From the NCBI GenBank assembly GCA_018674095.1, contig JABHAX010000013.1, positions 1 through 59,998 of the forward strand: DNA of 59,998 nt, read 5' to 3'. A program made the position numbers and the translations under genes. This stretch comes from Fidelibacterota bacterium (GTDB taxonomy: Bacteria > Fidelibacterota > Marinisomatia > Marinisomatales > UBA1611). Of the stretch, positions 52,636 through 59,998 are shown piece after piece (the stretch's first letter is position 1; each line of letters begins with the position of its first letter). Under the pieces are notes generated by a model. That model made no database searches, had not been told where the DNA came from, and saw only the letters and a program-made list of their open reading frames with translations.

Positions 52636-55600
52636 CTATTTCAAAAATATAATTTTTTGAGTTTTAGTAATATGCCCAACATTTAACTTTGCAAAATACA
52701 ATCCAGATGCCATTTGTGAAGGGAACCATTTTATTTTATATGTTCCAGGAAGAAGACTTCCATTGATTAAAGTTTCAACTTTCCTTCCTGTAATATCAAA
52801 TAGATTCAATAGGACGGGACCTTGAGTATTTTCTGGCACATCAAATGAAAGTGTTGTAACAGGATTAAACGGATTTGGGTAAGCAGGATATAATGCAACT
52901 TTTGAAGGTAGTTGGGAACTGTTAGCATTAATGGTTCCTTTTTGTACAATCCTTTTTCTCTCGTCCATGAGTTGATAATAAATCTCAATATCTTGAATAT
53001 GTTTTTCAATTTTAATTAAGAATGTATCCTTTACGCCTACGGTCGATCGAGCAAATTCTAATATGGAATATCCTTTTTCTGGTCGATGGTTTGTAAGGGT
53101 GATTTTTGAATCATCATAAGATAAACTTCCAAACTGAATAGGCGTTTCACCGGGATCATACACAAATTGAATTTGACCTGAAGAAATTGAATCATCCATC
53201 ATAATAAATAAATTGTCACCATGTTGTATAATATTTAATGGGCGACCCACCACAACTGTATCCCGGATAATTTCACCATAGGTTTTCTGATACCAAGACC
53301 ACATTTGGACAAATGCCATTCCATCATCAATATCAAATACACTATTTGGAGTCGATACAAAATGAGGAGCAACCCCAGTAACTGGACCTAATTCAAAATT
53401 TAAATCATTTGCATCCCAACGACTCACCAATGTATCCAAATCGATAAATGAAATTGTTGAATCTAAATTATAATCGCCTAAAAGTGGTGTTACATAAGTA
53501 TAAGAAATATCGACAGTTGACAACGAGTCTTCATCTTCGATATAAGAGAAATAAACCGTGATAGAATCAAAACTAGTGAAAGGTGCTTCCAAAACTATTT
53601 CAATTGCAGAATCAGATTTTGTTGAATCAAATTTGACTGAATCAGCGACACTTGCTGTAACGGTAAACTCTAAAGAATCTATTTTTTCATTGAAAGAAAA
53701 CGTAATTGGGATATCCTCCATTAATCGAATAAAAGAATCGATAGGAACTGAGATCATTTCAATACTGGGAGGCAAAATATCATTAAGTTGAATGGTGTCA
53801 GTTAAAGCTTGAGCTGCCATTTGATTTCCTGAATCATCATAGATTGATACGCCATTATTTACAGTAACGACCATGGTTTCATCCCCACTTGGCGTAGAAT
53901 TATATTCAAGGTTCACACGGACACTTTGTTCTCCGCCGATGAGAAAATTACTATCAGTCCGGGTCAAACTGGTAATCATAACTGTATCGGTTATACTCCC
54001 ATTATTAAAAAGTTCTATTTGAATCTCTGTTTCTTGGATTGCTCCCGTTTCTTGATCCGTTCCATAAATTTCTTCATCAAAAATTAAATCAAGATATGAA
54101 TTATCAAAAGCCAATGTGTCGAATTCTACACGAGGTGCTAAATAATCACGCACAGTAAAAGTTGCATTAAAATTATAAGTGTCGTCGTTCTTATTCACAT
54201 CCTGCATTACTGCTGTAAAATTATAATACACAATTGATTCACTATCATACCCAACAGCCGGGTAAATGGAAATAATCGGCGGATCATTTATGAGATCAAT
54301 TAAAAACGGAATATCAGCACCGGAATTATTGTCATATTTTAGTGTAATAAGAGGTGATAATTCACCCAAAGTAACTTGATTCCCCGTCACTCGAAAGTAA
54401 ATATTTTCATTAAACGAAATAGTAATGGTGTCCATTTCACTGACATTAGTTTCTCCATCATCCACATCATCCACTCCAACAGGTGGATGTTCATCATATA
54501 AATCAATTGGTCCATAAATTTGACCATTCGGAATAGGAACCCTCGAAATACTATAAATGCTAAAATCTGTTGTAGGTGATAAGGTGATTGTTTCAACACC
54601 GGAAGGCAATTCATTAAATACCATATGAATTCGAACAGAATCTTCCCCACCAGTCAAAGCATTATTTTCCAGATTAGTCAAACTCGTAAGGGTGAGTGTT
54701 GTGGCAGTGCCACTATTTGTTTCGATCGAGGATTCAAACGCTTCCAAATAAACAGCAAGTGATAGATAGGCATTTCCGTAAATGCCCACCGAAAAACCCA
54801 GATCCACATAAACGTTACTGTCCGCTAAGTCTGTTGAAATTAAAAGTGCAGATGCTAAAAGGGTTACTTCATCAGATATTTCACCGGTATTCATGGAATT
54901 TCCAGCAGCGTCAAAGATTGAAGCATTATCCACCGGAAATAATGTAATTGTTTCCACGCCACTGGGTGCGGCGCTTAACGAGATTAAAGCATGAATGGTT
55001 GATTCTCCACCAACTAAAGCTCCACCTCCATTACTGGTAATTCCTGTAAGAGAAATACTGTCACAGGTTCCCCCCTCATTCGCATTAAATGTATAGTTGA
55101 TATCATCAAGCGTTAATCCACCACTGCCATTATTGTTAGAGAATACACCCTCATTAAATGTAAGAGAAACATAATCATTGATGGAGGACATAGCACTGGA
55201 ATCGATTTGGGGTGGCGACTCATCTGCCGTTAAAAAACGGAGTGTATCAAATTGAAATCCATTATTATTTACGTCCTCAATCGTAGATAACATAGATAAT
55301 TTAATTGCCGTTAATTCTGGAAGTTGAACATCGGGGGTTATCTCGAAACCTATTTGATCACTAGACATAATGTCGAATGCTAATATTTCTCCTGAGACAG
55401 CTTCTTCCAGTATAAAACAATCTGTGGCATTAGCATACGTTATATTCGCAGCGTCAATTGAATTTTGAACAGCTTCTGTAAAGGCAATTGATATATTGGA
55501 GACGGTGGAAATATCCGTTGAATTATTCTCTGGGTCGGTGAAGTCAATTGTTGGCGCCAAAAGATCAATCAAAGAAATAGATATGCCATCCACATCCAAT

Positions 55601-56490
55601 AGTGGAACACCAACGCTATTAAAAATTGAAAATACAGAAGCAGGTCCAACCGTCAATATTTCTCCACCACTAGGTGTGTTTGGATATTCCAGGTTCAATA
55701 CAACTGTTTCTTCTCCACCTGCTAATGCACCACCGGTGGCTGATTCCAAGGATGTTAAATTTGCTTCATCCGCATTTCCGCCATTGGGATTAATTTCTAC
55801 CGAATAATCGCCTGTCTCCAACCCAATACCATTCCCATAATACACATCGGAATATTCACCGCCAAAAACGCCCTCACTAAAATAATAATTCACTTCTTCA
55901 GAATCGCCTGACGTAGATGTAGAATCCACCAACAACGAATATCCCATCCATGTTTTAACAGATCCCGTTCCAGGTGTTCCTGCACGATCGTCAACTACTA
56001 TATAATAAGTCCCTGCATCCCACTCAATATTTGGAAGCATATTTGCATATTGCGGTGCCGATTCAAATCCTGAGATACATGAAAAATCAAAAGATTCATT
56101 TGTTTCATCCGGATAATATATGGGTGTATTAGAATCATCCTGAAAAAAGACCCACGAAGTTTCATCGCAATCGGCTGTATATATCCCAATTTGAACATCT
56201 ATATTCGTCAATTCATCACAGGTTGTTACATAAATAACTGCTGGCTGGGATAGGGTTAGTTTGTAGGTATAATCCGCTCCATTGGCTCCATTTTCGTGGG
56301 CTCCCTCTCCAGGATATGGAAACATACTTTGATCCCAATCATCGTCCTCTGTTGTCAAATCTGCCAAATGGCTGTAGGGAAAATCTGCTTCTGTGATTTC
56401 TGTATCGAAGCATTGGGAAAATCCAAGCACAGGAAATAGAAATAAGTATAGAACTCCGATTTGGTTAAATGATAATAATTTATTCCACAT
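52636..56490 (-). CDS. Giant repeat-rich cell-surface protein with Big_5/SbsA-like Ig domains and T9SS C-terminal sorting domain
   Basis: ATG at 56490 (MWNKLLSF..., signal peptide) is preferred over the TTG at 56508. There are four copies of a ~40 aa unit (LTSL..GGAL.GGE..V.L.L....PSG.E). SbsA-Ig-like segments are present (DFTDPENNSTDISTVSNISIAFTEAV), as is a dockerin-like loop GDYNLDSTISFIDLDTL. Tail YPNPFNPVTTLSF...SGLYFAKLNVGHITKTQKIIFLK. Confidence 0.7.
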   Translation of the reverse strand: MWNKLLSFNQIGVLYLFLFPVLGFSQCFDTEITEADFPYSHLADLTTEDDDWDQSMFPYPGEGAHENGANGADYTYKLTLSQPAVIYVTTCDELTNIDVQIGIYTADCDETSWVFFQDDSNTPIYYPDETNESFDFSCISGFESAPQYANMLPNIEWDAGTYYIVVDDRAGTPGTGSVKTWMGYSLLVDSTSTSGDSEEVNYYFSEGVFGGEYSDVYYGNGIGLETGDYSVEINPNGGNADEANLTSLESATGGALAGGEETVVLNLEYPNTPSGGEILTVGPASVFSIFNSVGVPLLDVDGISISLIDLLAPTIDFTDPENNSTDISTVSNISIAFTEAVQNSIDAANITYANATDCFILEEAVSGEILAFDIMSSDQIGFEITPDVQLPELTAIKLSMLSTIEDVNNNGFQFDTLRFLTADESPPQIDSSAMSSINDYVSLTFNEGVFSNNNGSGGLTLDDINYTFNANEGGTCDSISLTGITSNGGGALVGGESTIHALISLSAAPSGVETITLFPVDNASIFDAAGNSMNTGEISDEVTLLASALLISTDLADSNVYVDLGFSVGIYGNAYLSLAVYLEAFESSIETNSGTATTLTLTSLTNLENNALTGGEDSVRIHMVFNELPSGVETITLSPTTDFSIYSISRVPIPNGQIYGPIDLYDEHPPVGVDDVDDGETNVSEMDTITISFNENIYFRVTGNQVTLGELSPLITLKYDNNSGADIPFLIDLINDPPIISIYPAVGYDSESIVYYNFTAVMQDVNKNDDTYNFNATFTVRDYLAPRVEFDTLAFDNSYLDLIFDEEIYGTDQETGAIQETEIQIELFNNGSITDTVMITSLTRTDSNFLIGGEQSVRVNLEYNSTPSGDETMVVTVNNGVSIYDDSGNQMAAQALTDTIQLNDILPPSIEMISVPIDSFIRLMEDIPITFSFNEKIDSLEFTVTASVADSVKFDSTKSDSAIEIVLEAPFTSFDSITVYFSYIEDEDSLSTVDISYTYVTPLLGDYNLDSTISFIDLDTLVSRWDANDLNFELGPVTGVAPHFVSTPNSVFDIDDGMAFVQMWSWYQKTYGEIIRDTVVVGRPLNIIQHGDNLFIMMDDSISSGQIQFVYDPGETPIQFGSLSYDDSKITLTNHRPEKGYSILEFARSTVGVKDTFLIKIEKHIQDIEIYYQLMDERKRIVQKGTINANSSQLPSKVALYPAYPNPFNPVTTLSFDVPENTQGPVLLNLFDITGRKVETLINGSLLPGTYKIKWFPSQMASGLYFAKLNVGHITKTQKIIFLK

Positions 56491-57031
56491 TAATAAACCC
56501 CGAACCAAAACTTTTTACTGCAACAGAATCATTATTAGCATCCCGAAGTTTGGTATTTTCACCAAACAACAGTTCCGACCCACCGGTTGAAATAGCCGTG
56601 AAATAAACTGTAGCTAAGGACCAGGTTCCGCCTTCGTTCATTTCGGCAACAGTATCCGGTAATAAATAAATAAAATAGTCAAGCGTTCCACTAGAATCAT
56701 CATCTACGATTTGGAATGGATCATTTAAGCTCTGAAAAAAAGTATCGGCAACGACAGAATCAATTTGAACACTTCCGTATTCATATCGGATATCCAAATG
56801 GGCTGCTGCTGCAGGTTTCAGTTTAAGGCCGTAAAGCTGCATAGAAAAAGATGAATCGAGTTTTGTATCTATTTCCGAAGGGTGAAAAAATAGTGCCGGT
56901 GGTTCCAGATCCATATTTTCTGGATCATTTGGATTATCCAAATCATACGTAGCATCATCACAAGTAAAAAATATGAAAGAGCACAAAACCAGGACCGGTA
57001 TGCGCACTCGTAATAGATTAAAAATTGACAT
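56480..57031 (-). CDS. Lipoprotein with cohesin-like beta-sandwich domain
   Basis: 183 aa; lipobox-like FIFFTCDD. The pattern FSMQLYGLKL...AAAAHLDIRYEYGSVQIDSV...GTWSLATVYFTAISTGGSELLFGENTKLRDANNDSVAV resembles cohesin-type modules. Memory-based call. Confidence 0.4.
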   Translation of the reverse strand: MSIFNLLRVRIPVLVLCSFIFFTCDDATYDLDNPNDPENMDLEPPALFFHPSEIDTKLDSSFSMQLYGLKLKPAAAAHLDIRYEYGSVQIDSVVADTFFQSLNDPFQIVDDDSSGTLDYFIYLLPDTVAEMNEGGTWSLATVYFTAISTGGSELLFGENTKLRDANNDSVAVKSFGSGFINVE

Positions 57032-58040
57032 TGAATTGCACCTGATTCACATCGGTTTTGTACTCAAGGTCGAAAAAATATTCTCCATCAAAAAAGTCAT
57101 CGCTAGGCGCGACAAGATAGGCGTGGACCATATTCACAGCCCAGATAGAGAGTCCAACACTCCGGATATTCTTCATAAAGGCATTATATTTTCGGGTGTC
57201 TGCTGCATATTGAATTATTTTGGGCCGGAGTTCAATTAATTCATGTGGATCAGATCCCTTTTGGTAATCAGAATACGTTTTTTCAAATCCGCCCCAAGCT
57301 TTGTCATATTGGAGATATGCAATAAGCGCGGCCGTACCGAGTGTTGCCTCTGTCCCCATAAAACCATAGCCGGGATATTTTTTTTCAGCCCAAATTTGCC
57401 CACTCCCTGGGAGTGCGGTGGACATCATAAGTGCTTTAATTTTACTGGGAATTGGTGGTAACTGAATCCATTGCCGTTTTTGTTTAATATCTTCAGAGGT
57501 TGCTACTTGAGACAAATCAGAACCAACAGATAATGTATCTGGAACGGGAAGACCACTTACGTTATAAGCCATCTTTTTCATTTCCAAAAGAAGACTGTCG
57601 GTGATGCCGCTACTGTTCATGGCAAATTCATTCAGAATTGTTTCCATATCCACAGAAAATAACCGACCTTTAATTAAAAATTCATCATCTCCTTTTTTCT
57701 GGATATTTCCAGCAAGCACATAATTCACACCCAATTTACGTCCCAGATCTAAGGCGCATTCTTCACTCCAGCAGGACCAATAATCCCTTTTTCGTGGTTT
57801 GAATATTTTGAATTTGTTGGTAATGCCCCGATCCTGAACTTGGAATATTTTCAAATCTCTAACCGTTTCTCGAAATTCTTCCGTTAGGAATTCAGTCAAG
57901 GGTTGGGAAATAGCCCAACCTTCAAATTCCAAAATAGCAAGCTGGCTTCCCGTCTTAAGAGATACGGCTTTGGTGGTTTCTGATGCAAAACAAAAACACA
58001 CAAATTGGAGAATGATTATACCTCGGATTATGGACATCAT
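57018..58040 (-). CDS. Envelope protein, LpoB/CsgG-N-like domain plus C-terminal membrane domain
   Basis: 340 aa; signal peptide; LAILEFEG...LTEEFRETV...CALDLGRKLGVNYVLAGNIQKKGDDEFLIKGRLFSV pattern; later hydrophobic LPGSGQIW...GTAALIAYLQY. Confidence 0.45.
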   Translation of the reverse strand: MMSIIRGIIILQFVCFCFASETTKAVSLKTGSQLAILEFEGWAISQPLTEFLTEEFRETVRDLKIFQVQDRGITNKFKIFKPRKRDYWSCWSEECALDLGRKLGVNYVLAGNIQKKGDDEFLIKGRLFSVDMETILNEFAMNSSGITDSLLLEMKKMAYNVSGLPVPDTLSVGSDLSQVATSEDIKQKRQWIQLPPIPSKIKALMMSTALPGSGQIWAEKKYPGYGFMGTEATLGTAALIAYLQYDKAWGGFEKTYSDYQKGSDPHELIELRPKIIQYAADTRKYNAFMKNIRSVGLSIWAVNMVHAYLVAPSDDFFDGEYFFDLEYKTDVNQVQFNVNF

Positions 58041-58126
58041 TGAAAGTGAAGGTTTGTTTTCCGCCCTTCCCGAAAAATTACATCACTCTGACAAATAGTC
58101 AAAGGATGAGCTTTAAAAAAAAATAT

Positions 58127-58627
58127 CTAAAATTGCTTCATGGGATTGTCTCTAAACCATTGATCGATAAAAAAAGATATCAACTGGTTAACGGACTTTT
58201 CAACATCCTTATAAAGGTTCTCACTTGAACTTTGACCCATGATTTCATGAGAGAAAACTTTGCTTGTCATGAGCTTTTTTGTAATGAGCGTATCCGCTAT
58301 AGATTTATAATAATTCGGTTCAGAAATGCTATAATTATAAACGGATAAAACTACGAGAAAGGATGAAACAGCTTCAACACGAGAATCCAATACATGAATA
58401 TCGAAGGAAATTTTTGGCATTTTATTTTTTACCATCCGTAAATCATATTCCAAAAATCGAAGTTCTATAAAACTGACAACACGATTTTCCCAAACTGCGT
58501 CTTCAACGCCCATTAAATTGAATTCAAGATTTAATTCTTCAATCCCTTTTAAGTTTTTAGAATACCAACGGTCCTTAGCCCATAGAGCAGAGCATAACAG
58601 AATTCCAATAATCACCCATTTTTTCAT
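58127..58627 (-). CDS. Secreted hypothetical protein
   Basis: 166 aa with signal peptide MKKWVIIGILLCSALWA. No domain recognised. Confidence 0.45.
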   Translation of the reverse strand: MKKWVIIGILLCSALWAKDRWYSKNLKGIEELNLEFNLMGVEDAVWENRVVSFIELRFLEYDLRMVKNKMPKISFDIHVLDSRVEAVSSFLVVLSVYNYSISEPNYYKSIADTLITKKLMTSKVFSHEIMGQSSSENLYKDVEKSVNQLISFFIDQWFRDNPMKQF

Positions 58628-58778
58628 GGGTAGAATTTATTCCAATATAAAAGGTTTTTGAGATTGAATCTTTGGTAAACGTTATTTAAATCAAATTCCC
58701 CCACCTTACGAATGACGGATGTGACAAACTCAAATGGTAAAAAATTTGTCCAGGGTTCTTATAATGACAGTAGTTGTT

Positions 58779-59447
58779 TTAAAAATTCAGATTAAAATTT
58801 AATCTTGCTGCGTGTACAAACGGGTCAATAGTTGGCTGAACTGATAAACTTATTTGCTGCCCATATTTATAGCGGACTGCATCCCGCTTATTTACAATCA
58901 TTTTCCAGCCATAAAGCCAATCATACAAAATATCTCCAACCAAAACAATGGCACCCAAAACAATAAGTCCACCACCAGAACCGTCACTTTCTTTTCTTAA
59001 TGGAATCAGTTTATAACCAATCTCATCTCCAACTTGATTGACTGGAATTTTCTCGTAGCGTTTCTCATTATCTTCACCGGCATTCAAAACCATAACATCA
59101 TAGGGAGTGTCTGCCCAATCCTTTTCTTCCATCATGGATGCACCTGCAACCATCAATCCTAATCCACCTGCACCAATCATAAATAAACGGCGTGCTTTTT
59201 TTTTCTCTCCGGCATAACTATGGACAATTCCTGGAATCGGAATTGATGTCAGGGCTAAGCCAATGGTGAGCCGGCGATTCATATCCTGGTATTCTTCAAA
59301 TGTCATCTCTGCTGGAACTGGGTAGAGAGGTGTTTCATTCAGAAGGTCACCACCCGATAATCCTTGACCATTCAAGAAAGAAAAAACAAAAAAAGTTACC
59401 CAAATTCGGAAGAGATATTTATTCATGCTTTTCTCGGTTAGGTTCAT
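58779..59447 (-). CDS. Hypothetical membrane/envelope protein
   Basis: 222 aa; signal-like leader, two Gly-rich hydrophobic segments, C-terminal ...ARLNFNLNF (OMP-like terminal Phe). Confidence 0.45.
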   Translation of the reverse strand: MNLTEKSMNKYLFRIWVTFFVFSFLNGQGLSGGDLLNETPLYPVPAEMTFEEYQDMNRRLTIGLALTSIPIPGIVHSYAGEKKKARRLFMIGAGGLGLMVAGASMMEEKDWADTPYDVMVLNAGEDNEKRYEKIPVNQVGDEIGYKLIPLRKESDGSGGGLIVLGAIVLVGDILYDWLYGWKMIVNKRDAVRYKYGQQISLSVQPTIDPFVHAARLNFNLNF

Positions 59448-59817
59448 TTTCTACAACGCCTAAACAGCAGCCGGGAGACCCTTTTGTTTTGCCACAATTA
59501 TCGCATTTCGCTGCATTCTTAGCGCAGCAAATATCTGTCCCTTTCACCTGTCCACAGTTGTTGCAAAGGGTTACATCTTGTCCCGATAGCTCGATCTTGC
59601 AACAAGCTGGGGAACCTTTATGTGCACCACATCCACAGACGATTGCATCCGTGGCACAGCAAACATCAGTGCCTTTTAATTCTCCACAATTACCGCAAAG
59701 AACTATTGATGAAATTTCCATTGTATCAGTGATTGAGTTCGTGGGATGATCTTGAATTGCCAAAATTGGCAACACGATGATGAGGGGTAGAATAGTAGAA
59801 AAAATGTATCGTTTCAT
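59419..59817 (-). CDS. Secreted cysteine-rich repeat protein (4 x C-x(1,2)-C-G-x2-K-G-[ST]-x2-C-C)
   Basis: 132 aa; signal peptide, then LCGNCGELKGTDVCC, VCGCGAHKGSPACC, LCNNCGQVKGTDICC, KCDNCGKTKGSPGCC (16 Cys). Overlaps the downstream gene start by 29 nt. Confidence 0.6.
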   Translation of the reverse strand: MKRYIFSTILPLIIVLPILAIQDHPTNSITDTMEISSIVLCGNCGELKGTDVCCATDAIVCGCGAHKGSPACCKIELSGQDVTLCNNCGQVKGTDICCAKNAAKCDNCGKTKGSPGCCLGVVENEPNREKHE

Positions 59818-59998
59818 AGCGAATCTCCGATTTCGTGTTAGTGGAAATTTAGAGAAAAAGTTGAATATGGATTTGGATTATTTTTTTAAAAGCAATCTGA
59901 ATCTATTGAAACTTATCAGTCCCAAATCTAGGACCACAAACAAACTGAATTCCATGGGAAGGCCATAGGATCCGCTAATGAAATCCAAATCATTTACC

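Noticed and set aside
59300-59749. 149 aa + strand ORF with internal repeats
   Set aside because: It is the antisense reading of the Cys-rich repeat gene and the 5' end of its neighbour. Its repeats simply mirror the CG..KG..CC modules.
1-59998. Searched by eye for tRNA/rRNA genes, CRISPR arrays, transposases, integrases, phage genes and toxin-antitoxin or classic defence genes
   Set aside because: No periodic repeat-spacer structure, no T-arm or anticodon-arm-like sequences, and no ORF with recombinase, transposase or nuclease-defence motifs was recognised. Absence cannot be proven without tools.

Overview
AT-rich ~60 kb chromosomal segment from a Gram-negative bacterium that tags secreted proteins with T9SS-type C-terminal sorting domains. 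It may be a marine FCB-group or Marinimicrobia-like lineage, but the taxon cannot be verified here. All calls rest on reading the supplied ORF translations and the nucleotide sequence, plus remembered family motifs; no searches were run. I recognised no rRNA, tRNA, CRISPR array, transposase or integrase. Left to right: (1) a partial porin-like gene and a TetR-controlled beta-oxidation operon (acyl-CoA dehydrogenase, thiolase, FadN-type HADH/ECH). (2) An 18.5 kb envelope and lipid super-locus (7529-26096), the most interesting region. Five protein types each occur twice there: a COG1033/MMPL-type RND transporter, a LolA-like periplasmic carrier, a DUF1302-like beta-barrel, a KAS III condensing enzyme and an ASST-like beta-propeller. 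A PAPS-type sulfotransferase, a secreted START-like lipid-binding protein, a TetR, an LRR protein and a 104 aa membrane protein occur once. I read this as a candidate, apparently uncharacterised, trans-envelope system for a KAS III-derived, possibly sulfated lipid. (3) A scar region with a class II photolyase fragment, a duplicated T9SS tail remnant and a metzincin/FG-GAP T9SS cargo gene. (4) A thiamine pyrophosphokinase / SSS symporter / CYTH cluster. (5) Central-carbon genes: class I aldolase, PPi-PFK, acetoacetyl-CoA synthetase, and a canonical GAPDH translationally coupled to a Cys-less GAPDH paralog. Two of these operons are preceded by the same 28 bp dyad at the same distance from the start codon. 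(6) A long minus-strand operon mixing a PAF-AH-like lipase, an AlkB-type hydroxylase, a class V aminotransferase, a nucleosidase-like protein, an SPL-family radical SAM enzyme and a dockerin-tagged esterase. (7) Envelope genes: a PspC operon, TauE, a 1290 aa repeat-rich T9SS surface protein, a cohesin-like lipoprotein and a secreted Cys-rich repeat protein.
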